Numbered from the stretch's first letter, positions 11,281 to 22,038 are shown. The stretch: DNA of 64,000 nt from an uncultured Bacteroidales bacterium (GCA_963753835.1 CAVWDP010000003.1:89589-153588), one strand, 5' to 3'. The notes: generated from the letters alone by a model not told the origin. A program made the numbers and translations.

Positions 11281-13158
11281 CTAACCTCCAAGATAAATGG
11301 CCAAAACAGATATGTCGGCAGGTGAAACCCCACTGATCCGGGCCGCCTGTCCGATTGTCCTTGGACGAATTTTACTCAGTTTTTCCCGGGCTTCAAATGA
11401 AAGAGAGCCAAGCTGCTGGTAATCGATTTCATCCCTGATTACCACATTTTCAAGCTTGCCCAACCTATTGGCCAGGTCCCTTTCTTTATCAATATATCCC
11501 TGATACTTAATCCGTATCTCTGCCTGTTCAATAATTTCATCATTGATGCCATCAAGACCGCTTAAAAATCCAGACAAATGTGGCATACTACTGATTAACT
11601 CTTTAAAGTGCAGCTGTGGGCGAAGAAGAAGGGTGTCAATCTTTACTTTCTGCTTGAGGGCGTCGGTGTCTTTGTCAGCAAGTAACTGATTTACCTCCTC
11701 TGGCTTTGCGCTTTCCTTTTTACAAAAACGAATGATTTCCTCAAGAAGGTGTTCTTTATGCAGAACGCTATCCATTCGTGATTGGTCAGCAAGGCCAATC
11801 TGATGTCCTTTGGGCGTGAGCCTAAGATCAGCATTGTCCTGCCTTAACAATATACGGTATTCAGCCCTGGAGGTAAACATCCGATAGGGTTCGTCAACCC
11901 CCTTAGTAATGAGATCATCGATCAGCACGCCAATATATGCATCGGCACGCCCAAGAATAAAATCGTCGAGTTCGTTTAGCTTGCGATGTGCATTAATTCC
12001 GGCTATCAGGCCCTGGGCTGCGGCCTCCTCATAACCGGTAGTCCCATTTATCTGACCAGCGAAGTAAAGGTGCTTAATAAGCTTGGTTTCCAGCGAATAC
12101 TTCAATTGAACAGGAGGGAAGTAATCGTACTCTATGGCATAGCCGGGGCGAAAGACCTTTGCCTGCTCAAATCCAGGGATCATTTGAAGCGCCTTATACT
12201 GCACTTCTTCCGGAAGCGAGGAAGAAAAGCCATTCAGGTAATACTCTATGGTGGTCCAGCCTTCCGGCTCAACAAATAGCTGATGTTGGTCTTTGCCGGC
12301 AAAACGATCAATCTTGTCTTCGATGGATGGACAATAGCGGGGACCTACGCCTTCAATTCGGCCGGCAAACATGGGAGAAAAATGAAAACCAGTGCGCAAC
12401 ACATCATGCACCTTTTTATTAGTATAGGCCAGATAGCAACTCCGTTGCTTTTTTAGGACCGGGGTGTCGGTAAAAGAAAACTTTGAGGGCTGCTCATCTC
12501 CGGGCTGCTCATCCAGTTTAGTAAAATCAATGGTCCTTCCATCAATTCTAACGGGTGTGCCGGTTTTCATCCTGGATGCTTCAAAGCCCAGCTCCACCAG
12601 GCTTTCGGTAATTCCCTTTGAGGCGATTTCTCCCATCCTTCCGCCGGAGATCTTCTTTTCTCCAATATGTATGATGCCATTCAGAAAAGTGCCATTGGTG
12701 AGAATCACTGATCTGGCAGGGATCCGATGGCCCATGGATGTTTTCACTCCTTTAACCCGGCCATTCTCAATGACGAGGGAAGTAACCATATCCTGAAGAA
12801 AGTCTAAATTGGAAATGAGCTCCAGCTGATTTCTCCACTCCATGGAAAACAACATGCGGTCGCTTTGAGCCCGTGGACTCCACATGGCTGGCCCCTTAGA
12901 TTTATTGAGCATTCGGAACTGTATCATTGTCTTATCAGTGACAATGCCCGACAAGCCCCCAAGCGCATCTATCTCTCTGACAATCTGACCTTTAGCAATT
13001 CCGCCCATAGCCGGGTTACATGACATTTGTGCCATATTAGCCATGTTCATGGTAATCAAAAGCACAGATGATCCAAGCCTGGAAGCAGCGGCAGCTGCCT
13101 CACACCCGGAATGACCGGCACCAACAACGATCACATCATATTGATCGAACATATTCAA
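11281..13158 (-). CDS. mnmG: tRNA uridine-5-carboxymethylaminomethyl(34) synthesis enzyme MnmG (GidA)
   Basis: 625 aa; FAD fold VIVVGAGHSGCEAA; full-length colinear MnmG sequence (..GQINGTTGYEEAAAQGL..). Confidence 0.95.
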   Translation of the reverse strand: MNMFDQYDVIVVGAGHSGCEAAAAASRLGSSVLLITMNMANMAQMSCNPAMGGIAKGQIVREIDALGGLSGIVTDKTMIQFRMLNKSKGPAMWSPRAQSDRMLFSMEWRNQLELISNLDFLQDMVTSLVIENGRVKGVKTSMGHRIPARSVILTNGTFLNGIIHIGEKKISGGRMGEIASKGITESLVELGFEASRMKTGTPVRIDGRTIDFTKLDEQPGDEQPSKFSFTDTPVLKKQRSCYLAYTNKKVHDVLRTGFHFSPMFAGRIEGVGPRYCPSIEDKIDRFAGKDQHQLFVEPEGWTTIEYYLNGFSSSLPEEVQYKALQMIPGFEQAKVFRPGYAIEYDYFPPVQLKYSLETKLIKHLYFAGQINGTTGYEEAAAQGLIAGINAHRKLNELDDFILGRADAYIGVLIDDLITKGVDEPYRMFTSRAEYRILLRQDNADLRLTPKGHQIGLADQSRMDSVLHKEHLLEEIIRFCKKESAKPEEVNQLLADKDTDALKQKVKIDTLLLRPQLHFKELISSMPHLSGFLSGLDGINDEIIEQAEIRIKYQGYIDKERDLANRLGKLENVVIRDEIDYQQLGSLSFEAREKLSKIRPRTIGQAARISGVSPADISVLAIYLGG

Positions 13159-13182
13159 TAATTGAAATAAAAAACAGCTGTT

Positions 13183-13617
13183 TTAGGGCGAAAGCAAAGA
13201 TAGGTATTTATCTTCTTTCAAGGTCATCAAAGCCTTGTCGTCACTAGATTTGTCGGCGTAACCGCATAAATGAAGTATGCCATGGATGATCACCCGCCTA
13301 ACTTCAATATCGAATGACTGATCAAAATTTTCGGCATTATCCCTGATGCGCTCAATGCTAATAAATACGTCACCGGAAACCTCATTGCTCTCTTCGCGAT
13401 AGTCAAAGGCAATAACATCTGTGAGGGTTTCTCTGTCGAGGAAGCGCTGATTCAGGTCAAGCAGATAGTTATCATTGCAAAAGATAATATTGATCACTCC
13501 TGCGTCTTGATCTTCTTCATGGATAACCTTCAGTATCCAGTCATGTATCTGTTGACTATCGTTTAGACTGAAATCAACATCTTCAAAGAAGAATTGTATC
13601 AGGGGATTCATGTGCAA
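13183..13617 (-). CDS. ybeY: rRNA maturation endoribonuclease YbeY
   Basis: 144 aa; metal-site motif HGILHLCGYAD. Confidence 0.9.
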   Translation of the reverse strand: MHMNPLIQFFFEDVDFSLNDSQQIHDWILKVIHEEDQDAGVINIIFCNDNYLLDLNQRFLDRETLTDVIAFDYREESNEVSGDVFISIERIRDNAENFDQSFDIEVRRVIIHGILHLCGYADKSSDDKALMTLKEDKYLSLLSP

Positions 13618-13635
13618 ATTAGTGGAAAAACAAGC

Positions 13636-14118
13636 TTAAACCTTTTGCTTTTTGGTTTGGAAATACTCGTTGAAATGGCCAATTCTTTTCTTCATAGTTT
13701 CGTGTCCCACACCAGAAATACGGAAGAACATTTCAACACTGCTTCCCTCATGCTTTATCTCAAACTTATCGGAAAGCGAGCGCATCAAGAAAAGACCACG
13801 ACCTGTTTTGGTGTCTGCATCTATTTCCAGGTCAAGAGGGTCGGGGACAACATCAGGATCATAACCGCTGCCTTCATCAGAAACGGTAAAGGAAAGGCCT
13901 TTTGGCTTTGATTCAAATACGACTGAGATTTTTTTGGATGGATCATTTCCATTGCCATGCAGTAGGGCATTATTAAATGCTTCGGTAAGGGCAATCAGGA
14001 TGTTTCCGAAATAAGTATCGTTGATATTATAATAATCACAAATTTCTTCTACAAACCTTTCAATGGAGCTGATATTTTCAGGTCTTGAGTCAAGCGAAAG
14101 TTTTTCCTTCCTACCCAT
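13636..14118 (-). CDS. small HATPase_c-type ATP-binding protein (RsbW/SpoIIAB-like anti-sigma kinase fold)
   Basis: 160 aa; N-box (LTEAFNNALLHGN), G1 (SDEGSGYD), G2 (GRGLFLM). No STAS partner is visible in the window. Confidence 0.7.
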   Translation of the reverse strand: MGRKEKLSLDSRPENISSIERFVEEICDYYNINDTYFGNILIALTEAFNNALLHGNGNDPSKKISVVFESKPKGLSFTVSDEGSGYDPDVVPDPLDLEIDADTKTGRGLFLMRSLSDKFEIKHEGSSVEMFFRISGVGHETMKKRIGHFNEYFQTKKQKV

Positions 14119-14129
14119 AATTGATGCAT

Positions 14130-17100
14130 TTAATTCCCAAAGTTATAAAAATATTCATTCACTTTGCGTTTATAATAAGGTTTTAAATCGGGTGGAACCG
14201 TTTTTAGTAGTTCAACTTCTTTAGATAGTATTCTTTTATACTCTAAAAAATTATCAGGGTTACTATATTCCTGACTTTTTGCTTCACTGGATTCACGGCG
14301 CTCTTCTTTTTCTCTCTCTCGCAGCGCTTTTTCATGCTTTAAAAGCCTGCTGTAAATCTCCTCCTGCCTATGCATGGTTTCCTCCGTAAGCCTTTTGTTT
14401 ACAAGGTCCTGCTCGGTTTTTTCCATATCTTCCATCAAGCTATTCAAGCCGGCATTCCCGGTTTCTCCGCCGGCTTTTAATTCTTCCAAATATTCTTGCA
14501 TCTGACGGCGAATTGCTTCTTGTTCAGCAGCCATTCGGGCAAATTGTTCGCTCATCGTTGCATTTTTTGGCTTTCCCTTCTTTCCATCCTGGCCGCCTTT
14601 TCCATCCTCACCCATGCTTTGCTGACCGTTTTTCATTTTTTGCATTTGCTGATTGAGTTGCTTTTGTAGCTCTCCCATATTTTGGGGCATCTTGCTGGGT
14701 TTGCCGGCTCCGGGATTAGAGCAGCTTTTGTCTCCCGACATATTCATGCTTTGCTGTTGCTGCATCTGATTCAGTGCTTCTGAAAGCAAAAGGGCCAGGT
14801 TGTTGACAGAGGTCATAGCATATTGCTGTGACATGGATGCATTCCCCTTTTTCCTCTCCTGTAGCTGTTCATTAGCATCGTCTATACTCTTATGGATCTT
14901 ATTAACTTCTCTGGTAATAAAGGGCTTGATCATTGTCTGACGTTTGCTGAGTGCATAAAGAGAATCTTCGACGATCTGCATATTTTCTTCAAGCTCGTAC
15001 TGGCGTGTTATGATCTCCTGATATTGAGGATCTGCAAAATTTGTATGGCTGAGATCTTTTATGATACTTTCTTGTTCGAATGAAATGATCAATAAGTTTT
15101 CAAGGATTTCTCGCAAAACCCTGATGTCTTCTGCGATGGCATCGTTGTCCATTTGAACCTGCATATTGATCAGTATTTCGGCCATTTTCCCCAGTTCTGT
15201 AGCTGACTTTTTTTGTGATTCTCCGGCCTTTTTCCTGTTTCCTTTCTGCAATTTATCCAGGCTGTTCTCCATTTCTTCCTGAATACTGTTCTCCATTTCT
15301 TCTGTTTCCATCATCTCATGAGGCTCCTCAAGGTCCTCATTCAGCGATTCTATTTCATCAAGATCTTCTCTGACATCTTCAAATGCTTCATTGAGGGCCT
15401 TTTGCTCTTCAGAGACCTCCTCTTTGCTATTGCTTTTATCAGTTGATTTTTCTGATAGTTCCATTTGGGCTTCTGCAAGCTCATTTAGTTTCTCAATTGT
15501 TTCTGTCAGGCGCTTATCAAATTCAAGCTGTTTAAACAGCTCAAGGCTTTTATCCAGCTCCATTTCAATATCCTCGGCATTCATCTCCATTTTCTCCAGC
15601 ATCTCCTGCACATCTTCCTTTTGAAGCTCATCCAGCATTTTTTGCAATTCTTCAAATAAAGCTTTCATCTCATCACTCATCACCTCCTCAAACAATTCCT
15701 GAAGCTCCTGTTGCTTGCGAACAATTTCTTCATTTTGCTCTTTATACTGTTCTTCCCGTGCAATATTCTCAGCATTTTTTTGCTGAAGCATCTCCATCCT
15801 GTCGGCCAGTTGCTGCTGCTGGTTTAACAGGTTCCTGATCTGCTCCTTGTCTTGCCAGCTCAACGTTTCCTTATTAATAAGCTGTTTATTAAGCTTTTCT
15901 ATTTGATGTTGCAGCACTTGTGATTCGCGGATGATGTCTTCCATCTCATCTTTCATTTCCCTGTTCTCCGCTGCAGTTTGTTCGTTGATCTCTTCAAGCC
16001 CCGGAGCCCGGAAAATCATTTTATGCGAGCGGCTGCTTTTATATCCATTAATTTCGTCGTTATCCCATACTTCAAAATAATATTGAATCTCGTCACCCGG
16101 ACCCACCTGGAGCCTGTTCAGGTCGAAATGATGAAACACCAACTGTTTGGTTGATCCAGATGAAATAGGAACGGTTTCTTTATATGTTTGGCCTTCAATC
16201 CGGGCAGAGTCGAAATTATTCAGAAATTCAAAATTGAAAGTCAGATCGGTAAAACCGTAATCATCATTTATCTGCCCACGAAAATACAGGCGCTTATCGT
16301 AAACCGAATCCCGGAACTCTTCAAAAACGGCCGATGGATAAACATCCGGAATAACCGTAATGGCATAAGCAAGGGTATCTGGGTTTAAAAGGTGCTCATT
16401 GGCAGCTGAGATTGAGTATGTCGTGCTTTCGAGGAGTCTTTTTTTATACTGATATGCATTTGATCCCTTTTCTTCCAGCAGGATGCTATCGCCAGGAAAA
16501 CGGAATAATACCGATCGCGTATCCCTTGTAATGACCTTCCAGGCAATAAAAGTTCCCTCAGGAACTACAAAATCACCGGTATTTTCATATGCGTCATCAC
16601 TCTTTCCTGTATATGATGGATAATCAAGTGACACATAATAATTGGTTATGATGGGCCTGGGAAGTACCTTCAGCACAAAGGCCCCGAAACGAAAATCCTC
16701 TGCAATAATATCAAATACTACGTCATGCTGTAGTTTATTCAGGGTGTATACAAAAACCCCCGGTGATTCTTTACGAAACGGGATGAGGTTTTCATTTGAT
16801 GAAAAAGAGATCCCGGCAGGTACCTGCTCTCCCTCAACCTGTATTCTAAGGGTGAAGTCATCATATTGCATGGCCTCCAGCCTTTCATTCAAAATCTGAA
16901 TGGTGAATGGTATGGGCCGCTCAAACTGTGCACGATGCCTGATTAATCTTTCGGAGGGCTCTGTAATTATCGAGGGGGAGGCCAGAAGCAAAATAATAAC
17001 CACAAGGACCGGGGGGATGGCATATTTCAGATACTTCTTGTTTTTACTGAGATCAATAGCCTTTACGAAGGGGACGGGGTGCAGGGTTTTTGTTTTTTGA

Positions 17101-17501
17101 TCGATACTGGCATTCAGCAGCTCCAGGGTTCCGTTTTTTTCACTGAGCCTCTTAAGCTGAATGGTATTGATCAGCTTATCGCCGACTTCAGGGAAATATG
17201 CCCCAATAATGCCTGCTGCCTCTTCATCATTGATTGTACGTCCTATCCTGAAAAGCCTAAACAGGGGAAGAATAATTAGCCTGAAAAGAATGAGCAGATT
17301 CAGGGCCAGGTAGGTATAGAACAATGTCGTTCGAACAACGGAGCTGCTCCAGGTATAGTATTCAAATATGTTGGCCAGCAAGAAAAACAAAAAGAATACA
17401 GCAATAAATAATATACCGCCACGGAAAATCTGGTTCATATAGTATTTACGAATGAACCGCTTTAATTTTCTGATCAATATGTTGTAATTATCCTGCATCA
17501 A
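14130..17501 (-). CDS. giant membrane-anchored protein with long acidic coiled-coil (DUF4175-like)
   Basis: 1123-aa ORF. It has N-terminal TM helices, a beta-rich middle and about 450 aa of E/K/Q-rich heptad-like sequence. The family name is from memory of Bacteroidota DUF4175 proteins of the same size and layout. Confidence 0.6.
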   Translation of the reverse strand: MMQDNYNILIRKLKRFIRKYYMNQIFRGGILFIAVFFLFFLLANIFEYYTWSSSVVRTTLFYTYLALNLLILFRLIILPLFRLFRIGRTINDEEAAGIIGAYFPEVGDKLINTIQLKRLSEKNGTLELLNASIDQKTKTLHPVPFVKAIDLSKNKKYLKYAIPPVLVVIILLLASPSIITEPSERLIRHRAQFERPIPFTIQILNERLEAMQYDDFTLRIQVEGEQVPAGISFSSNENLIPFRKESPGVFVYTLNKLQHDVVFDIIAEDFRFGAFVLKVLPRPIITNYYVSLDYPSYTGKSDDAYENTGDFVVPEGTFIAWKVITRDTRSVLFRFPGDSILLEEKGSNAYQYKKRLLESTTYSISAANEHLLNPDTLAYAITVIPDVYPSAVFEEFRDSVYDKRLYFRGQINDDYGFTDLTFNFEFLNNFDSARIEGQTYKETVPISSGSTKQLVFHHFDLNRLQVGPGDEIQYYFEVWDNDEINGYKSSRSHKMIFRAPGLEEINEQTAAENREMKDEMEDIIRESQVLQHQIEKLNKQLINKETLSWQDKEQIRNLLNQQQQLADRMEMLQQKNAENIAREEQYKEQNEEIVRKQQELQELFEEVMSDEMKALFEELQKMLDELQKEDVQEMLEKMEMNAEDIEMELDKSLELFKQLEFDKRLTETIEKLNELAEAQMELSEKSTDKSNSKEEVSEEQKALNEAFEDVREDLDEIESLNEDLEEPHEMMETEEMENSIQEEMENSLDKLQKGNRKKAGESQKKSATELGKMAEILINMQVQMDNDAIAEDIRVLREILENLLIISFEQESIIKDLSHTNFADPQYQEIITRQYELEENMQIVEDSLYALSKRQTMIKPFITREVNKIHKSIDDANEQLQERKKGNASMSQQYAMTSVNNLALLLSEALNQMQQQQSMNMSGDKSCSNPGAGKPSKMPQNMGELQKQLNQQMQKMKNGQQSMGEDGKGGQDGKKGKPKNATMSEQFARMAAEQEAIRRQMQEYLEELKAGGETGNAGLNSLMEDMEKTEQDLVNKRLTEETMHRQEEIYSRLLKHEKALREREKEERRESSEAKSQEYSNPDNFLEYKRILSKEVELLKTVPPDLKPYYKRKVNEYFYNFGN

Positions 17502-17558
17502 AATCTTGTTCTCTCTATGCCAACGGCCTGGTAAAAGAAATTATTTCAAAATAGTACA

Positions 17559-17566
17559 CAAAGGTA
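17559..17566 (-). promoter_or_regulatory. candidate -7 box TACCTTTG (minus strand)
   Basis: Plus-strand CAAAGGTA lies 58 nt upstream of the start at 17501. Confidence 0.3.
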
Positions 17567-17717
17567 GTTATTCAGCGTCGATTTCGAACAGCTTATGCCC
17601 CACAGGAGCTAAAATTGTATAGAAATGACCCAAACCTGTGTTATTTAAACAAAAATCGTCCCAATATGTTAAGTAAATGACTAATATTGAGCCCTCAATT
17701 AAAAAACTAAACTAAAA

Positions 17718-19693
17718 ATGAAAAAACTGACCCTATTATCTACTTTTATCTTCATGGCTGTTTTCGTGTTTGGTCAATGGAACGAACCCGAAGGCGATCA
17801 TATGAACTGCAATCATGCTAAAGGGCATCACCTCAAAGGAGCGGATGCTGTTTTTTACTTTCAGGACGACCTCTTGTGGCAATACGATGTAAAGTTTTAT
17901 TTCCTCGACATTGAGGTTAGCCCTTCAAATGTCACAGTTGGCGGAAATGCCACTATTCATGCCGAGGTGGTTTCTACCACGATGGATACACTTGCTCTTG
18001 AATATCTTGATGGCAACACCATGTTTGTCGACTCTGCATTTGTTGACGGAGTCATGGTTGACTTTGATCATACAAACGATCATATTTACATGTTCTTACC
18101 CACAAGCATGACCCAGGGAGATGAGTTTATGGTGCAGGTTTATTATCATGGTACTCCTACTTCGGGTGGTTTTTTTGCCGGTGTTACCAGTGATTACTCC
18201 AACCAATGGAACAAGGATGTAACATACACTCTTTCTGAGCCCTATTCAGCTCGCGACTGGTTTCCTGTAAAACAGGTGCTGCCCGATAAGGCCGATTCAT
18301 GCTGGGTATTTGTAACCTGCGACGAAGAGTATATGGTAGGCTCCCAGGGATTGCTTACAGCCATAACCCCAATGCCTGACAATAAGCTCAGGTATGAATG
18401 GAAATCAAGATACCCCATCGACTACTATCTTATTTCATTTGCTGTTTCTGATTACCTGGAGTATAATATTTATGCCAAACCAGCTGAGCTGGGCGGTGAT
18501 TCAATTCTGATACAGAATTTTCTCTATGACGACCCTGCTATTATTAACGCCTATAAGGATGACATAGACGAAACAGTTGATTTCCTGGAACTATTTTCAG
18601 ACCTCTATATCCTGTATCCATTTCATGAAGAGAAATATGGCCATTGCCTGACCACGCTTGGTGGTGGAATGGAACATCAAACGATGACCACCATCGGTGG
18701 ATTTGGTTACGACCTGGTATCACACGAGCTTGGCCATATGTGGTTCGGTGATAATGTTACCTGTGGTACCTGGCAGGACATCTGGATCAATGAGGGCTTT
18801 GCTTCTTATGGTGAATACCTGGCCAGGCAAAGTTTGATCAGGCCAGGGATCGGCCAACAGTTGGATGAACTCCACACACAGCAATGTGCTTTCCAGCCCG
18901 GGAGGCAGTGTTTATGTTCCCGAAGAAGACCTGGATGATATCTGGAGAATATTTAACGGAAGGCTTTCCTATGATAAGGGTGCTGCCATCATTCACATGA
19001 TCCGCTTTGAATTGGATGACGACGTGCTTTTCTTCAACATCCTGGATGAATTCCAACACAGGTTTACTGATAGTACCGCCACCGGCGACGACTTTAAAGG
19101 AGTTGTTGAAGAACTTAGTGGGATGGATTTCTCAGATTATTTTGATCAATGGTATTATGGAGAAGGCTACCCAACTTATAGTATTGTCTGGAACCAGACA
19201 GAAGATGGACTGAATATGAATATTACTCAGACAGCCTCTAAGCCATCTGTTACGCCTTTATTTAAAATGTCGATGGAATACAAGCTGGGTACAACGATGG
19301 GTGACACAACCATCAGGTTATACCAGGATGCAAACTTTAACCAGTTTACCATTCCGATAGAGGGTGAAGTTGGTGCAATATTGGTCGATCCTAATAACTG
19401 GGTGTTGAACAAAACCGGTTCTATATCAGTAGGAATCGAAGAAACTGAAAACCCGGTGTTATTTCACTTTTGGGCCCAACCCGGCTCAGGATTACCTGAA
19501 TGTTTACATGGCCAACACTATCGACAGTAAAGTTCAGGTCAGCATCCAGGATATGACGGGGCGCGTCATGACTGAAGGCGAGTATTCAGGAGAAACCATT
19601 AAGGTGAATACAAGTGATCTGCCGCAGGGCTCTTACCTGATCAGGGTCCATAACGGAAACGAGACCTTTACCAGGCGTTTTGTGAAGATTTAA
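17718..19693 (+). pseudogene. secreted M1-family zinc aminopeptidase with T9SS C-terminal sorting domain; two frameshifts as sequenced
   Basis: Three colinear ORFs (17718..18938, 18865..19530, 19508..19693). Gluzincin site [19 protein letters not shown]. Break 1 is near 18838-18850. Break 2 is in the T4 run at 19468-19471 and restores ..VLFHF/GPNPAQDYLNVY.., the canonical start of a T9SS CTD; the tail ..GSYLIRVHNG..RFVKI fits too. Confidence 0.85.
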
Positions 19694-19698
19694 CAATA

Positions 19699-19768
19699 CA
19701 CCTCACCCCCGGCCCCCGCTCCTCAAGGAGAGGGGGAAAAGGGGGGCGGGGGTTAAGGGGGTGAGGTG
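19699..19768. other. 70-nt GC-rich extended inverted repeat (hairpin element)
   Basis: cacctcaccccc (19699-19710) pairs perfectly with gggggtgaggtg (19757-19768). Inner segments ggcccccgc/gcggggg and cctc/gagg also pair. There is no flanking T-run. Confidence 0.6.
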
Positions 19769-19776
19769 CATTTCCG

Positions 19777-19784
19777 TATCTTTG
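19777..19784 (+). promoter_or_regulatory. -7 box TATCTTTG for gltX
   Basis: Exact TAnnTTTG match 20 nt upstream of the ATG at 19804. Confidence 0.5.
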
Positions 19785-19803
19785 CACGATTAATCCGTTT
19801 CGT

Positions 19804-21338
19804 ATGAATAATAACAACATCCGCGTTCGCTTCGCACCGAGTCCAACCGGCCCATTACATGTTGGCGGCGTGAGAACAGCATTATATAATTACCTTTTTG
19901 CCAGACATCATGGAGGAAAAATGATCCTGCGGATTGAGGATACAGATCAAAACAGGTTTGTACCCGGTGCCGAAGAATATATTGTTGAGTCGTTCAAATG
20001 GTGTGGGATAGTCTTTGATGAGGGTGTTGGCATAGGGGGAGATTATGGGCCATACAAGCAATCTGAGCGACGCGAAATATACCTTGACTATGCCGACAGG
20101 CTGATTAAAAGTGGTCATGCTTACTATGCTTTTGACACGCCAGAGGAACTGGACAATATGCGTAAAGACGCTAGAGGCTTCAGGGAGCAACCTATACCAG
20201 TTATAACCAGGAGTCGCGTAAGAAAATGAAAAACTCACTGAGCATGACAAATGAAGAGGTTATGCGAAGATTATCTGTGGGTGATCCTTATGTGATCAGG
20301 ATAAAGATTCCGGAAGGAGAAAGCCTTCAGCTTCATGATGAGGTCAGGAAAGACATGGCGGTCGACACCTCCACGCTTGACGATAAGGTATTGTACAAAT
20401 CTGATGGCATGCCTACTTATCACCTGGCAAATGTAGTTGATGACTACCTGATGAAGATCACGCATGTGATCCGTGGTGAAGAGTGGTTACCATCACTCCC
20501 GCTGCATGTACTTTTGTATCGCTACCTGGGCTGGGAAAATGAGATGCCAAAATTTGCTCATCTGCCCCTGTTGCTTAAACCTGATGGCAAAGGAAAGCTG
20601 AGTAAGCGCGATGGCGACAGGATGGGATTTCCTGTGTTTCCGCTGCAATGGACCGATCCTAAAAGTGGGGAGGCTTCAAGGGGATACCGGGAGGATGGTT
20701 ATTTTCCCGATGCTTTTATTAATATGCTTGCTTTGCTTGGATGGAATCCGGGAACAGAGCAGGAGATCTTCGACATGAAAAGCCTCTGGGAACAATTCAG
20801 CCTGGATCGCGTGGGCAGGTCGGGAGCACGATTTGATCCGGAAAAGGCCATCTGGTTCAATCATCAATACCTGGTGAAAAAAGACGATGTTGAGCTTGCT
20901 AATGAATTCGCTCCGATTGTTGAAGAAAAGGGGTTCAGGGTTCAGGGTGCAGGGTACATGGAAAAGGTGGTGGGTCTGGTGAAGGAAAGGGTTAATTTCG
21001 TGCATGAGATTTGGGATCAGGCCTCATTCTTCTTTCAGGCCCCTGAGTCGTATGATGAAAAGACTGTTAAGAAGCGCTGGAAAGAGAATAGCGGTCAATT
21101 ACTGGCGGACGTTTTGGGCGTTATTAAGGAAGCTGATCCATTTGTGCGTGAAAACCTTCACGATAGCATTGCGGCATATTTGGAGGAAAGAGAGATTGGC
21201 ATGGGCAAGGTAATGATTGGCATGCGCTTGTGCCTTGTTGGGAGCGGTAGTGGCCCGGATTTGTTTACCATTATGGAGATGATGGGAAAAGAGGAGACTG
21301 TGGAGAGGATTGAGAAAGGAATAAGTGTGTTGAATTGA
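19804..21338 (+). pseudogene. gltX: glutamate--tRNA ligase, one frameshift as sequenced (19804..20229 and 20226..21338)
   Basis: HIGH region ([19 protein letters not shown]) and KMSKS region (GKLSKRDGD). The second frame is open from 20175 (..[23 protein letters not shown]..) and continues the first (..[11 protein letters not shown]), so the break is near 20175-20185. Confidence 0.9.
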
Positions 21339-21355
21339 GCTTAATATTATAGACC

Positions 21356-21432
21356 GTTACTGGTTACTGGTCTCTGGTTTCTAAGAAATTTCAGATAGTA
21401 ATAAGCACTAGTAGCCAGGAACCAGCAACCAG
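21356..21432. repeat. paired heptamer arrays forming an imperfect hairpin (GTTACTG-type arm, loop, CCAGCAA-type arm)
   Basis: ctggttactggtctctgg (21360-21377) matches the reverse complement of ccaggaaccagcaaccag (21415-21432) at 15/18 positions. The right arm abuts the folB ATG. Confidence 0.85.
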
Positions 21433-21433
21433 A

Positions 21434-21793
21434 ATGAATATGTCAACGATTTCGATAGAACAAATGGAATTTTATGCCTATCATGGCTGTTTCAAGGAGG
21501 AGCAGATCATAGGCACGCGTTTTTTGGTAGACTTGTATCTGGAAACCAATACTGATAAAGCTGAAATGTCAGATGAGTTGGCAGACACCGTGAACTATCA
21601 GGAAGTTTATTTGTTAGTGAAGAAAGAAATGGAGATCAAGTCGAAGTTGCTGGAGCATGTTGGAAGAAGGATACTTGATGCGGTGAAGGAAAGTTTTCCC
21701 GAAGTGAATTCGGCCAGCCTAAAGATCTCCAAGATGAATCCGCCTTTAGGCGGGAAAATGAAAAATGTAAGCCTTACAATGCGAGCAGAATGA
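21434..21793 (+). CDS. folB: dihydroneopterin aldolase
   Basis: 119 aa; MEFYAYHGCFKEEQIIGTRFLVDL..TVNYQEVY is typical FolB. Confidence 0.85.
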   Translation: MNMSTISIEQMEFYAYHGCFKEEQIIGTRFLVDLYLETNTDKAEMSDELADTVNYQEVYLLVKKEMEIKSKLLEHVGRRILDAVKESFPEVNSASLKISKMNPPLGGKMKNVSLTMRAE

Positions 21794-21987
21794 AACGTGA
21801 AGACAGAAAATACAAGGTTAAAGAAATAAGTTGTCAATGTGGCCATGGCTTTGAATGCCTGAGTCCTGACAGCTGTTTATGCAGTGGTAATGTTGAATTG
21901 AAGCGATCCGGTGTGGATGTTTCCAAGCTCAAAAGTTCCTGCCTCTGCCCCCAATGCCTGAAGGTTGTTTCGGGGAAAGTGAAGTAG
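21790..21987 (+). CDS. cysteine-rich CWC-family mini-protein
   Basis: 65 aa; CQCGHGFEC..CLC..CLCPQCL pattern. ATGA start/stop overlap with folB. Confidence 0.6.
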   Translation: MKREDRKYKVKEISCQCGHGFECLSPDSCLCSGNVELKRSGVDVSKLKSSCLCPQCLKVVSGKVK

Positions 21988-22020
21988 GATTCTGCCGACC
22001 CCATCTCATTATTACAATCC

Positions 22021-22038
22021 GTAGATTTATTAAGATAT
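22021..22038. repeat. left inverted repeat of the four-helix-bundle gene cassette
   Basis: The reverse complement of gtagatttattaagatat matches 22580-22597 (atatttaataaaatctac) at 17 positions with two 1-nt indels. Confidence 0.65.

Noticed and set aside
20175-20229. Programmed ribosomal frameshift or split gltX.
   Set aside because: There is no slippery heptamer or downstream structure. Thirteen other frame breaks of the same kind occur in unrelated genes, so an indel error is far more likely.
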